Below are positions 23,655 to 36,520 of a stretch of 64,000 nucleotides of DNA, piece after piece. A program made the translations under genes and the position numbers. Within the stretch, counting starts at the first letter, position 1, and each line of letters opens with the position of its first letter. The notes below the pieces were generated by a model that was not told where the DNA came from, made no database searches, and saw nothing but the letters and a program-made list of their open reading frames with translations. The DNA lies in contig NC_058368.1 of the NCBI RefSeq assembly GCF_018350175.1, forward strand, positions 103,170,001 through 103,234,000, written 5' to 3'. This DNA is from Felis catus. Its lineage: Eukaryota.

Positions 23655-24140
23655 AAGGAGTCAGCCTCTGGAATTGATGGAGTAGCTCACAAGGAGCCAC
23701 TTGTCCTCTCCAGAATAACTAGAAGAGCTAGATTAAAACCAACCAGACGAAAGAAACTTCTGTTTGAAGGCACTGAGGAACTCCTGAGGCGGCAAGAACT
23801 TCAAGGGTAAAGGTCCTCAGGAGAAGGAAAACTCATTAAGGGAAACATGACATTTTGCGCTGCTTTTTCCCTTTGGAACATTTGGAGCCTTTGCCAATTT
23901 ACTGCATTGGTAATAAAACTATACAGAAAAGTAAGTAGATTATAAATACAAAACTCAGGCAACTGGTTACCCTAGAGGGGAAGGCAGGATGTGTTGAAAT
24001 AGGGCACATGGGTTTGGTTTTGTTTTCTTTCGCTCTTTTCTTTTTATTTTTTAAGAAACAAGCAGTATCCTATTTCTTAAACTAGACTGTGGTTACATAG
24101 CTAATAAGTTTGCTATTTTTCTTCAAATTTATATGCACAT

Positions 24141-24191
<51 letters not shown>

Positions 24192-24250
24192 TAAATAGAT
24201 ATACACATATATATCACATTATTTTGCATGTGTATTTAACATGAAGGGAA
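23655..24250 (+). mobile_element. Ancient L1M fragments (5'-UTR-like piece plus L1ME-like 3' end)
   Basis: Motifs tctgtttgaaggcactgag, aaaactcagg..tggttacc and tatttcttaaact...gtggttacatag. Confidence 0.5.
24143..24190. repeat. (AGAT)12 tetranucleotide microsatellite
   Basis: Perfect repeat, directly visible. Confidence 0.97.
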
Positions 24251-26243
24251 AAAAAAAGGAAAGAAACTCCTAACTAAAAGCTCTTATCCACAGAGAACAT
24301 ATTCCAGCCCCCAGCATGATTTTGTACTTCAGCAATTTCCTCAGAGCTGCTAGAAAACCTGCTCTTCTCATCTGTCTCTAGAAACTTCTGCTATTCCCAA
24401 GTGGTAATAAAAATCTCCAGGGCTGGAAGCTAAAAAGCTGTTATTCAGAAATAAGAGTGTTAAAGAAAGCTGGGTGTGTGGCCTCATTCTAGGAGAGATT
24501 AAAAAAGAAGATGAAGGAGGCAATGTTTAGGTTAGGGGGACAGAAGAAAGTGTGAGAAATCAATTTGACTGCAGACTCACCAGTATATAAAAATTCTTAA
24601 CACCTGTGTATCTCTGTACACATACACATATAAACATACAATAATGTGCACATCCGTACTGGAGCTGGGCTTTGAAGGTTGGAAAGAATGGATAAGAATA
24701 GGGCAAAATGAGATTAGGTAAAGGTGTGGAGATGGTGGCTGAGTTCATGAAGAGATAGAGTTTGTGAGTTCCTGACAGCAACAAGATGGGGACGGGTGGG
24801 GAATAAAATGTAAGAGAAGGAAAGAACCAAGGAACCAGTCAAGTTAACATCGCTTTAGGCATAGAAGACCCACAAATAGATTTCTATTGAAAATGAGAAG
24901 AGTGGCTGTGATCCCACACCCCAAGTTTCATGGGGCTTCCAGATTTTCAAATGGAGATTTTCCTTTCATGCCCTGCCTTACAACATTTGTAAAGAAAGGC
25001 GTGGAAGAAAAGTGTTACCACAAGGCAATTGCCTTTTAAGTGGGCGCACACCTTTGCAGCCTCCAAGCCTCCTTGAACACAATATGCTTCACCTAAGACA
25101 CGAGAAACTGTAAGTGCAAACGCGCAAGGCGGAGTTGTGGAAATCACCTTGAATAACTGTCAAGAAGGAAGATTGCTTGATCTTACACAAAGGCCTGGGA
25201 AAAAGCATACTATCTAATATTTCAGATATTTATCAGCAATCTATAGGCGATGCTTTTGACAAAATAGATATTCTTGGGGGAAATATGGTAATGGATCTAA
25301 GAAATATAAAAATCACCTGAACTGAATGATTTTCTTTTCCTTGAAAAAAATGGGTGGGGGTGGGCTCCTTGAAATGAAAATATCCCTGAAGATATTATAA
25401 AACACGACACTAAAATTAATTGTATGAGGGGCAGACAGGGAAGCAATGAGACTTTCTGATCAGTAGTAAAAATACAAGTGCCTACAACGTATATGAAGTA
25501 TCTACACGTAAGTGAATGAATACATATAAACACATATGTGTGTCCAAAGAAGGAGTGTGACATCTAATTTCTAAATAAAGACAGGTCCACATCAGAAAAG
25601 CAGTCTCATTATATCTGCTCCATCACACCTTGATAGTATTTTCTACCTGTAGGATTTATTATTACACATTATCATATATGCTTTCTCCTTTTTTTCTTAG
25701 ATACTTTTGGCAAGGTCAAAGATCTAGTATTACCTACTATCAGTAAGGCCTTATTTTGTGAATGATTTCAAGAGGTATTATAAAATTTCTTTAGCAATCC
25801 AAAACAAAATATTTGCCATATTCCATAGGCAAAAACAACAACAACTCATGGTGTTAAATTATTCCAACAAAGAAAGCCTGCTGCAATTCACTAAACCAGC
25901 CTCCCAACCCCCCCAGAAGCAATTCCAACAGCTATTTCCAAAATACATCTTGAATCCATGTGATCTCTTCACTTTTCTTTACAGAGATTGCCACAAACCT
26001 AATCCACACCACATTTTCTCTAGCCAGGGCTGGTCAAAACCTGCTAACTAGTCTTCCTGTTTTTGCCTCCTGTTCCCTCCAAAAATACAAATGTGAACGC
26101 TTAATAGGTTTCATATAAATTATTTGTATTTCTTATATAAAGTCGTTTTAAAAATTCTTCATATAGTACTGGATGATTGGCTTAAAGTACAAATCAGATC
26201 TTAATACTTGTCAGTTCTGAAACCTGGTAGTTATCTCCTGCAT

Positions 26244-26292
26244 TTAAAGTTTATTGATTTATTTTGAGAAAGAGAGAGAGAGAGAGAGAGAG
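26244..26292 (-). mobile_element. Severely 5'-truncated Can-SINE (tail only)
   Basis: aagtttattgatttattttgagaaagagagag.. with imperfect flanking repeat ..cattta. Confidence 0.65.
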
Positions 26293-26555
26293 CTCTCTAC
26301 ATTTACAATCTATATTTACCTTGTTTTACTTTTAGCCTGTTTACTTGTTACTGCCATGCACACTGAAATGTAAATTCTGTATTGGACGCTTTTTTTGTAC
26401 TGTGGTCAGTATTGTATCGCAAGTAGCTAGCTTGATTTCTGGTATAAATATGCATTTAATAATTATTTGCAAAGTGAATGAATAAACAATTAAAACTGGT
26501 TTATTTCTCTTTCTCCTCAGTATGTTACTTATGCTTAAAACTCTTCAATGACATT

Positions 26556-26777
26556 TGTGGTGCCTGGGTGGCTCAGTCACTTGAGCATCCAACTCTTGAT
26601 TTTGACTCAGGTCATGATTTCATGGTTCATGAGTTTGAGCCCTGCATTGGGCTCTGTACCAGTGTGGAGCCTGCTTGGGATTTTCTCTCTCTTCTTCTGT
26701 CTCAGCCCCTCTCCTGTGCGCTCTCTCTCTCTCTCTCTTTCTCTCTCTCAAAATAAATAAATAAACTTAAAAACAAC
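26556..26777 (+). mobile_element. Can-SINE (older)
   Basis: Complete; TSD aaactcttcaatgacatt. Confidence 0.95.
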
Positions 26778-27577
26778 AAACTCTTCAATGACATTCAACT
26801 GAATTTATAGTAAAATTTAAATCTTTACCGTCTGCATTTCCTGTATAATCTACCCATAAACTTTTCTTCAAATTCATCTTCTATCACTCTCTGTTTTACT
26901 CACAGTGTTTCAACTATATTGGCCCTGCTTCTCCTTAAACCATATTGGTATATGTATCTACCTAACACATAATCCTCCCAAATAGTGGCTTAACAATAAC
27001 ACTTATTATATCACAACCTCTGTTGATCAGAAAGTTGAGGTGGTTTATCTGGGTGTTCAGGCTTGAGATCTCTAATGGTGTTGCAATTAAGATGCTCACT
27101 GGGATCTCTGTCACTCGAAGGCTTGACTGGAGCCGGAAGATCCACTAACGCAGCTATTGGAAACAGGCCTCTCGGTCTTCACTGATTGCTGGTAGAAGGC
27201 CTATACCCTTACCACATGGTCTTCTTCATAGAGCATCTTGAGTACTCTCATACTGTGGCAGGTGGCTTCCCTCAGAGCAAGTGAGGAAAAAGAACAAGAC
27301 AGACACTACGATGGCTTTTATGATCCAGCCTCAGTAATCAGACTCTGTCATTTCCAAAATATCCTGCTGATAATAAAAGTCAGTCCTTCTCAATGTAGGA
27401 AAGGTACTACCAGGAAGCAGAGATAATTGGGGGTCATCCTGGAGGTTGCGTTGCAAAGCCTGCCCTTTGTCCTACAGTGAGCCACATATTCTCTACCTGC
27501 AAAATATACTCACTGTGCCCCACCCCTACCCAATGTCCCACTCCATTACAGTACCAGCTCAAAATCCAGAATGGTGT

Positions 27578-27787
27578 GGGGCGGCTAGGGTGGCTCAGTC
27601 AGTTAAGTGTTGAACTCTTTATTTCACATTAAGTCATAATCTCACAGTCATGAAATTGGGTCCCACACTGTGCTTTGCTTTGCACTGACAGTGTGGAGCC
27701 TGGTTGGGATTCTCCCTCTCTCCCTTTCTCTCTTCCCCTCTCCTTCTCTCTCTCTCTCAAAATAAATAAGTAAACATCAAAATAAAA
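27578..27787 (+). mobile_element. Can-SINE (older) inside MLT1-int
   Basis: Head, (CT)n, tail; TSD ccagaat(g/t)gtgt. Confidence 0.92.
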
Positions 27788-28625
27788 CCAGAATTGTGTC
27801 ATCTAAATAAAGGTTCCAGTGCAGATGAGGCTCCTCAGGTATAATTCCTTAAATGCAGCTCTTCTAGTACAGTTTCTTCTGATCTTAAGATCTATGAACT
27901 ATAGCAATAAGTTATCTGTCCCCTTATATGCCCAACATACAACGATGGGACACTCGGATAACCCTTTAAAAGGAAGGTAAATTGGAGACACATAGAAGTC
28001 ACTGAAATCCAGCCTGACCAATACTGGAAGTTCCCTTATTAGGGATCAGTCTTACTCCTGGTCAGGAATAACTTTGTATGGCTCCTAGTTCTGACCTCTG
28101 ATCTCCTGGTTCCTTTCTCCAACTCATCTTTCCTTTCCTACAAAGGTAGTCTATGTTTGCAGCTGCAAAATTTTCTGAGCCTGCTGCCATCAATAGCACT
28201 TGGGGGGAGGTTTCTTTTCATTTTTATATTGTCTCTATCCTTTTCAGTCCAAGTTGTCAGTGTTTCTACCAATATAATCATTTTTAAAACTCTATGGTTT
28301 ACTTGTGAATCACACTGGAATTCAAACCTTTAGATAAAATCCACAACCATAAACTTCTTTAAGATAAACCTTTCTCTACCTTGTCCTTGCCCGGATACTG
28401 CTGAGAGACAATACATTAGGTTTCTTAGCAAACCTACTGTTTGACTGAAGGTTCTCTGAGGTGCACTGTCAGCTCTTTATCTGGTCTTGGCAAATTCTCT
28501 TTACTGCCACCCCCTTGACTTTATCCTCAGACCATGTTTCCCTAGTAGGACCTTGGGTTTTACCTTTGCCTGGAAACCATTTCTTAATTTTAGCATTGTT
28601 TGCCAAATGGAGAAGTTTAGGGTTT

Positions 28626-28842
28626 AAAAAAAATTTTTTTAAATGTTTATTTATTTTTGACAGAGAGAGACAGAGACAGAGCACAATGTGGGGAGGGGCA
28701 GAAAGAGAGGGAGACACAGAATCTGAAGCAGGCTCCAAGCTGTCGACACACAGCTTGATGCGGGGCTCAGACTCATGAACTGTGAGATCATGACCTGAGC
28801 TGACGTTGGACCGTCACCTGACTGAACCACCCAGATGCCCCC
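28626..28842 (-). mobile_element. Can-SINE inside MLT1-int
   Basis: Complete reverse element; flanks agggttt. Confidence 0.94.
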
Positions 28843-29789
28843 AGGGTTTTTAAATACATTTTAGAGTCCTGTCTCTTTTTGTTTAACAATTTTTCCTTTA
28901 GATTTTGCTGTAATCAGGAAAATGTCCAGAAGTTTCCTTAGCTAGATCACTTGATTCATTAACCACATTTTCTGCTTTCCACGCAACTGCAGGTAACAGT
29001 GTTGCTAAACTCTCTACCAATATCCACCCAGGATCTTTTTTCCTTCATTCTGCTTTAAGCCCTCATGATCAACCTTTCGAAAGCCATCAGGCTTCTGCCT
29101 AAAGTCTGTTCAAGGTATGCGATCGCTTCTTTTCTCTTCCCATCTTTTCACTGCCTTGTTCCAAAGCATACTTATGTATTTGTTATAGTACCACTACACC
29201 TCCATTACCAAACTCATTAGTTATACTAGTTATTGACGGCCATGTAACAAAGGATCCCAAACTTAGTGGTTTAAAACAACAAACACTTATTTTTACCTCA
29301 TGTGGCTCATGAATTTGGGAGTGACTCAGCTGGTAAGTTCTGGCTTGAGGTCGCTCATGAAGTTGCTGTCATGATATTGGTCTGGGCTGCCAGTCCATCT
29401 GGAAGCTTACCTGGTGGTAGATGATTCACTTCCACTATGGCTAATGCATATGGCTGTTGGCAGACAGCTTCTGTTACTGACTGACTCTTAGCAGGAAACA
29501 TTAGCTCCTCGCCACACGGACCCACCCACGTTTACATGAGTGTCCTCACAACTTGGCAACTGGCTTCCCCAAGAATGATTGCTCCAAGGGAGCGAGATGG
29601 AAGCCTCAGTATCTTTTTTTGACCTGGTTTCATAAGTCACACGCCGTTATTTCTGAATCGTTGTGTTGGTTACACAAGTTAGTGCTAGTCATTTTGCCAG
29701 GATGCCATACAAAGGCGTGAGAATCAAGAGAAAGGAATCATTGCAGGCTTGCTAGCACAAAGATACTGCCTTTTTTGCTTTTGATTTTA

Positions 29790-30160
29790 TCGTTTTATCT
29801 TCTGCTTCTACCCGGGTCACTTTTGCTGTTTTCAGATCTTTGTATGGGTAACACGTAATCCTTTGAGTATCTGATCAAATGTTACCTCCTTAAACCATCC
29901 CTCCTTTCCCACCATATCTTGCATGTCCCCATAGTTTCTTTTATATCATGCTATTTTCTTCACATATTTATTATTATTTGAAACAATCATTCAAATGTAT
30001 TTGATTACTTATTTATCACTACTTTCTGTTTTCAACTACTGGAATGCGAACTTTCTGAGGACAGGAATCCTGTCTACTGTTTTTATTGCTCTATCATCAG
30101 TGCTTTGGGTGAGGCTGATACCTAAGATTTATCCAATAAATTTTGTTCAGTGAATAAACA
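29790..30160 (+). mobile_element. L2 3' end
   Basis: tcaaatgttacctcct...ctggaatgcgaactttctgaggacagga...caataaattttgttcagtgaataaa. Confidence 0.75.
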
Positions 30161-30942
30161 AAGCTATTCCATAAGGGTTATAAATTATTTACTTTCTTTT
30201 TAGAATGGTCTATTTCAAGAAAGGATTTCAGTCAGTGTGAAAAAACTATGGAATTATGCAATACAGAAAGACATGTAATTAACCGGAAACAGGTTCTGAG
30301 CTGCTTGGGAGTGAAATGCACCACAGTGTTAGACAGATCCTCTGTTTTCAATGGAGATTCTCTGTTTTCAAAATGGAGCCACATAAGAAGGGATTATCTT
30401 AGGCAAGCAGGGTTTAAAAGTCCTTACTTTTTTCTAACATGAACACAGGACACATACTAGGGAGCTAAGGCACAGAATTCACAGACTACAAACTCACATA
30501 GAACTGCATGTGAAGAAGGACGCAGACCTGGCAGAAAGCCAGGTTTTCAGAAAATGCTAGAAGGCCACCTGAGAGAGTCTTACGTTTAAGGTGAATGTTT
30601 AGCGATTGTAAATGCACAGGAAATCAAAACACTACACACTACCACACAGCTGTGTGATAAGATCGAGGGCCTACTGAAGAGGTACAACAGTAGTGAGCAA
30701 TACAAGAAATTCAAAATTGTCTACTTATTATCCTCTGACTCTATATCAGGTAATTTCATCAAATAATGATATCAGATAATTTCATCAACCTAGAGGTGGG
30801 AGATTCTGTATGTTCTGAATATGAATCACAGAAGTACACTTAAAACCAGATTAAGCACACACAGATTTTTTTGATTATTATAATCTGGAAAGACACTATG
30901 GTAGCTTCTCACTGAAAAACAAAAGGAAAAAGAAAAGAAAGG

Positions 30943-31110
30943 AGGGCTGCCCAGGTGGCTCAGTCAACTAAGCCTCAGACTCTTGATCTCGGCTCAGGTC
31001 ATGATCTCATGGTTTGTGGGACTGAGCCCCACACTGGGCTCTGTGCTGGTGGCGTGGAGCCTGCTTGGGATTTTCTTTCTCCTCTCTCTGCCCCACCTTT
31101 GCTCATGTGC

Positions 31111-31154
<44 letters not shown>

Positions 31155-31172
31155 TAAATAAATAAATAAACT
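30943..31172 (+). mobile_element. Can-SINE (older)
   Basis: Head, long (CT)n, (AAAT)n tail. Confidence 0.94.
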
Positions 31173-31300
31173 TAGTTTTTGCTTAGAAAAAGAAAAGAAA
31201 AAGAAGAAAAGAAACCCTGAGAAAATGGGCCTTGGATTATACAACTTGAGACTTCAGGCCACATATGTGTATGTCTATTTGCCTTTCTTCTCTGATTCTG

Positions 31301-31302
<2 letters not shown>

Positions 31303-31341
<39 letters not shown>
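31303..31341. repeat. (TA)n microsatellite at SINE tail
   Basis: Directly visible. Confidence 0.95.
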
Positions 31342-31342
<1 letters not shown>

Positions 31343-31345
<3 letters not shown>

Positions 31346-31584
31346 TTTTTAATGTTTATTTATTTATTTTTATTTTTTTACTGTTTTTATTTATTTTTGA
31401 GGCAGAGAGAGACAGAGCATGAGCGGGGGAGGGGCAGAGACAGAGGGAGACACAGAATCGGAGGCGGGCTCCAGGCTCTGAGCTGTCAGCACAGAGCCCG
31501 ACGCGGGGCTCGAACTCACGGAGTGTGAGATCATGACCTGAGCTGAAGTCGGACGCTCAACCGACTGAGCCCCCCAGGCGTCCC
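31343..31584 (-). mobile_element. Can-SINE (felid)
   Basis: Complete; flanking repeat tgattctgctt (31293 and 31586). Confidence 0.96.
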
Positions 31585-31914
31585 ATGATTCTGCTTCTTT
31601 TTAAGTAGTATTATACCCTTTTTCTGCTTCCTCAAAACCCACTACCACTTCTTAGGCATTTTTTTTTTCAAATTCCCTATAATTTAGATAATAGGCCAAA
31701 GACACCCCCCCCACCCCCCCACACACATACCAATGTCAGTGATAACACTCGACCAACTAAATTTCACCTTGGAAATTTGGAATTGACACAACAAGCTTCC
31801 TTCAGTTTTGAGTTTTGAACTTGTAAGTCACGAGGCTCCAGAGAAGCCATTATCAGCTGAAGTTGAGAAAAAGGAGAAAATATTCACATACAGTGGAAGA
31901 GATAATGAAAGACA

Positions 31915-33010
31915 GGAGTTCTGATTCACCCAGTGATGGTGAATTAATTTGTAGCACGTCCATCTTGTAACAGAAATGACTGCAAAAAAATGGCCAAAAT
32001 ATAACAGTAATCTCTTTGAAATATGATTGAGATATTAAAAGAGCCAGTGCTTAATCGGTCAACATGTCTGGAAGAAGAGAAACTCACTGTAGTAAGCATG
32101 ACACTCCATAATGCTTTTGCTTCAATCCATTTGCTGATTCATAAGCAGTGTTGCCTGACATACTAATAAATCAAGAGGAAAGTGATGACTGAAAGGTATG
32201 GAAGCTGAATGTAGCTGTCTAGTGTCTCATGGACCTGGGGAGTAAAATTTTGATGTTTAGGGCTAGCAAGGCAGCTCAACGTTGAGGGGCCAATATTTTG
32301 AAGAGAAGGGAAGCTCAGAGAGGTAAACGTGACATTCTAAGTCACTTTCCCCAGAAGCATTTGTCATTTGTAAATGAAACAGACTGAGAGTCTGGGGGAC
32401 CAAGCAAAAAACAGTTGCTAACAGGCTGAAAACCTTAGTTACCAGTAGTCTCATTGGACTGAGAGATAAAAATTGGAGCTAAGAGTCTACCAAAGTCCAA
32501 AGATCCTGGTGAAGAGCTCAGCCTTCAGTTGAGACGTCTGAACAACTAGATAGATCAATCCTTAAAAAGGCTAAAATCCAGTCCCAAACCAATTCTAGGT
32601 AAGACTGGATAAAGCTGACCTACTCCATTCTAACATTCTGAAGAAGCTAAAGAAAATCTTCTCTTATATCCAAAACCTCTCATTTTTTTCTTAAAAATTC
32701 TAGCCTCCAGTCAAAATTTCCAAGGCATATCAAGAGATAGGACCAAGAGAAAGAGCCCACAATAGAAACATAGATACTCCAGACTTTGGGGTTATCTCAT
32801 ATGGACTTTAAAACAACTTATCATAGTTATTTATATGTTTATATATATTAAATGCATATTTATTTATTTATAACTATGACAAGTTATTTTAAAGTCCAAA
32901 ATAAATATGACTTCAAAAAACAGAGGACAAGATGGAAACTTCCCTCTGAGAAAAGGAATCTCTGTCAAAGAAATTAAGTGACAATTTTGGACCTGAAAAA
33001 TACTACAATT
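31915..33010 (+). mobile_element. Ancient L1M 5'/ORF1-region remnant
   Basis: A-rich, with motifs such as ccagactttggggttatc..atggactttaaaacaact; very diverged. Confidence 0.4.
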
Positions 33011-33109
33011 AATATACTCTTAATTTCATCTTGGGTATGTAGTACTACAATACAGTGTAATTTTATAGTTTAATAACATATTATTGTGGTTCTAATTTGC
33101 ATTTTTCTT

Positions 33110-33720
33110 ACTGTGAGAATGTGGAGCAAGTAGAAAAGCCACCCCTTGTTTGGATATCTACCTTGGAAATGTATCTAGCACGACCTACTAGAGCAGAATG
33201 TACATATAACCTATGTCCAAGGATTTCTACTCCAAAGCATACACCCAACAGAAATGCACAAATATGGGCACCAGAGACACGTTAAAGATTGTATACAGGA
33301 GCACATTTTTTGTGATAGTGAAAGATGCAAAACAAGCCAAATTTCCAACCACAGTAGAAAAGATAAACTGTGGCGTATCTGCCAACAGAATACCACATAG
33401 TAAGGAAACCAAATGAAGCTACACATAACATTAAGGAGAACTCCCACAAAAATACTACTGGGTGACAGAGGCCAGGAATAAAAGACTACATATAACGCAG
33501 TTCCACTTCTAGGACATTCACAATCAGGCAGAACTAATTTATGATAGTCCACCCCTGGGAAGGACAACACTGATAAGTGGGAGAGGCAAAAGGAAGCTTC
33601 CAGCTACGGGTACTAGTCTTCTTATTAGTCTGGACGATGATTTCACTGGTGAGTTTATTTTGTGAAAACATAATGAACTGTATACTTAAGACTTTTATAC
33701 ATCAATAAAATAATTTATAC
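33110..33720 (+). mobile_element. L1ME-like 3' end
   Basis: gtgagaatgtggagcaa...ccttggaaa...gataaactgtggc...aatgaactgtatacttaag...tacatcaataaaa. Confidence 0.8.
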
Positions 33721-34949
33721 AGAGAAGAAGAAAAGAGTGAAGAGAGAAGTAAAGATATAAGCCTATGCAAGACCAACATGATATCCAGAGGTCATCCCAG
33801 GTTCCTACTGACTCTCCTGTTCATGCTTTGGTTGCTCTGAAGCCTAGTGTTTTCTTGACCTTTGGTTTTATGAGATCCTCTCCAACAATTTCCCTCTCCT
33901 CCGCCCCACATTTTTTTGTAATAAGCTTCCTAAACAAGCCGTGAAAGTATTCCCTTAACATGGGAACTTTTGGAAGGAACTATGGTAAACAAAGATTTGC
34001 TAAGAAAGACTGAACCCACACACTACAAAATAGAGCTATATATATTTTAATTCCATCTACTTAATGACAAGAAGCTATAAACTCTTTGAGCAAGATTTTG
34101 ACCTACAATCCCAGAATAACACAATTTTCAAGAAACTTTAATGGAAACAAGGATCAAAATGAAATTTGTGTAGAGCAATTTGCTTTTTAAGAGATTAAAT
34201 AAAGGAAATTTAGTAAAAAAAAATTATACATACTCTGAGCCTTTTCCATTGAGAGACTATTTTAATTAATTCAAAATAAGCAACTGGTCTATTGCCCAAC
34301 CTCTAGAAAGAACCTCTGGAAATTCATTTCCAAAAGAACATGATTGTGATTGGAAAAGAGATCAATTAGGTAGAGATTAAAGTGCATTAATATGAACATA
34401 GATTACTATGTTCATGACACAAGGTAATTGGCAATGACCATGAATGGTCCATAGTTCCTAAGAATATTCAGAATCAAATGATCAACAACATTTGACTCTA
34501 TTTGGTCCACATGTCTATTTGAAATAGTTTAATTCCAATGAAGTTTACAATTGATCATGTTTGTCTAAGGAGGTCTAACTTATATAGCTTTATATAGGTG
34601 ACTTTGTTGGAAACCCCAGTTGATCCTTTTGGATGAGATAATTAGAGCAATGAAATAACTCCAGCAAGAAACAAAGGCACGTGGAAAACACTGTGAACTT
34701 GAAATTCTTGAACATCAGGTCTTTTACTTTGTAAAGGGATTAGACTGCTGAGTTGTAAGAGGCTTATTGCAGCTTGTTATTAATTTAACATTTCAAATTT
34801 AACATTTCAAAGCAACTATTCACAAGATTCTATTTAACTGAATATTAATGTGCAAATGTTTAAGGCACCTCCACATAAAATATCTCTATTAACCCTCAAA
34901 AAATTGCTGTAAAAAAGGAAGAATAAATGTCATGCTCATTTTTTTCAGG

Positions 34950-35130
34950 TTACAGTTTGAGAGACTGACTCTTCATATCAGCTCAGGGCGTGATCACCAT
35001 CAAGAGATCGAGTCCTGCATCAGGCTCTGTGCTGAGTGTGGAACCGCTTGTGATTCTCTCTCCCCCTCACTCTGCTCCTCCCCCACTCATGTGTGCTCCC
35101 TTTTTCTCTTTCTCTCTCTCTCAAAACATG
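34950..35130 (+). mobile_element. Can-SINE (old, 5'-degenerate)
   Basis: gactcttcatatcagctcagggcgtgatc...gattctctctccccc...ctctctctcaaaa. Confidence 0.85.
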
Positions 35131-35696
35131 TCGAAAAATTTAACGTTTGGGTACTTTCCTCTAAGGACAAGGTGTTTGTAATGGGTAGAACTGGACCCAG
35201 ACGACAGATTTCTTCCCTTCTAATGAAGTGTTCTTGTCACAACTTTGTGTTGATGGATATCAGCTAGATATTGTACAAATTCATTTAGATCCATTCTCTT
35301 TATAAGAATAGACTTTTCTCTGTGTAGCTTAATATATTATCACCATTGATGAAACAAAACAAAGTTTATATTAATACAAAAGCAAGGAAATTGTTTATTT
35401 ACATTAACTCCTTTATTACTAGAACTTATAACTTCATGTCAGTAAACTTATGTTCCATATCTTTCCATCCAGAAGTAGAACAATTTAATATTTTTCATAT
35501 CAATACCAAACAGATTTTCTGTTGGATTTATTTTGGTCCCAACTGTGAAACTTCTGTGGATATGCAGAATGACAGGCCTCTAGGACACCTGTACACTGAG
35601 GATCATGGAGTGAAGGATATTAATTAGAAAGTGAGATGTTGGTCATTTTCTTCTGTTTTGTAAACCACTAGATCTCTACGCTAAGCTTCCATTTTC

Positions 35697-36146
35697 TTTT
35701 TTTTTAATGTTTATTTATTTATTTTGAGAGAGAGAGAGAGAGAGAGAGTACAAGCAGGGGAGGGGCGGAGAGAGAGACAGGGAGAGAGAGAGAGGGAGAG
35801 AATATCCCAAGCAGGCTCCACGCATTCAGCACAGAGCTTGACATGGGGCTCGAATTCGTGAACTGTGAGATGATGACCTGAGCCAAAATCAAGAGTTGGG
35901 CACTTTTTAAAACAAAAAAAATTTTTAATGCTTATTTATGTTTAAGAGACAGAGAGAGCCAAAGTGTGAGTAGGGGAGGGGCAGAGAGAGAACAAGACTA
36001 AGAATCCAATGTAGACTCCAGGCTCTGAGCTGCCAACACAGAGCCCGATGTGGGGCTCGAACTCACCAACCACAAGATCATGACCTGAGCTGAAGTCGGC
36101 AGCTTAACTGAAGAGTCACTTAACTGACTGAACCACCCAGATGTCC
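35697..36146 (-). mobile_element. Nested pair of Can-SINEs (inner element about 35906-36110)
   Basis: Two tails and bodies but a single terminal head; outer TSD ctaagcttccattttc. Confidence 0.9.
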
Positions 36147-36305
36147 CTAAGCTTCCATTTTCAACTGTTACTTTGTCATTGACTTTCTGAGTTTCTCTTC
36201 TCCCTGCTTCTCACTGAGCACTTCCTTCCCTGGTCTGCACTACAGTAGGCACACAAGGACAGGGCACAAGGAACAAGATGTTAAACAACATCAATAATAA
36301 ATAGA

Positions 36306-36520
36306 GGGGCGCCTGGGTGGCTCAGTCAGTTAAGTGTCCAACTTTGGCTCAGGTCACGATTTCAGGGTTGGTGAGTTCGAGCCCCACATCAGGCTCTGTG
36401 CTGACAGCTCAGAGCCTGGAGCCTGCTTGGGATTCTGTGTCTCCCCCTATCTCTACCCTTCCCCCGCTCACACTCTGTCTCTCTCTCTCTCAAAAATAAA
36501 CATTAAAAAATTTTTTTAAA
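36306..36520 (+). mobile_element. Can-SINE
   Basis: Complete; TSD aataataaat. Confidence 0.96.

Larger units (their letters stand above)
25930..26960 (+). mobile_element. L2 fragments (interrupted)
   Basis: ccaaaatacatcttgaatccat..., tacaaatcagatc and an L2-like tail ending gtgaatgaataaa. Confidence 0.55.
26960..29760 (-). mobile_element. MLT1 (ERVL-MaLR) provirus: LTR about 26960-27460, internal region, LTR about 29215-29760
   Basis: Two same-orientation diverged LTRs (tagtggcttaacaataacacttatt versus tagtggtttaaaacaacaaacacttatt; ggcttgagatctct versus ggcttgaggtcgct; tggcttccc in both) flank about 1.75 kb (two inserted SINEs included) of MLT-int-like sequence. Confidence 0.8.
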
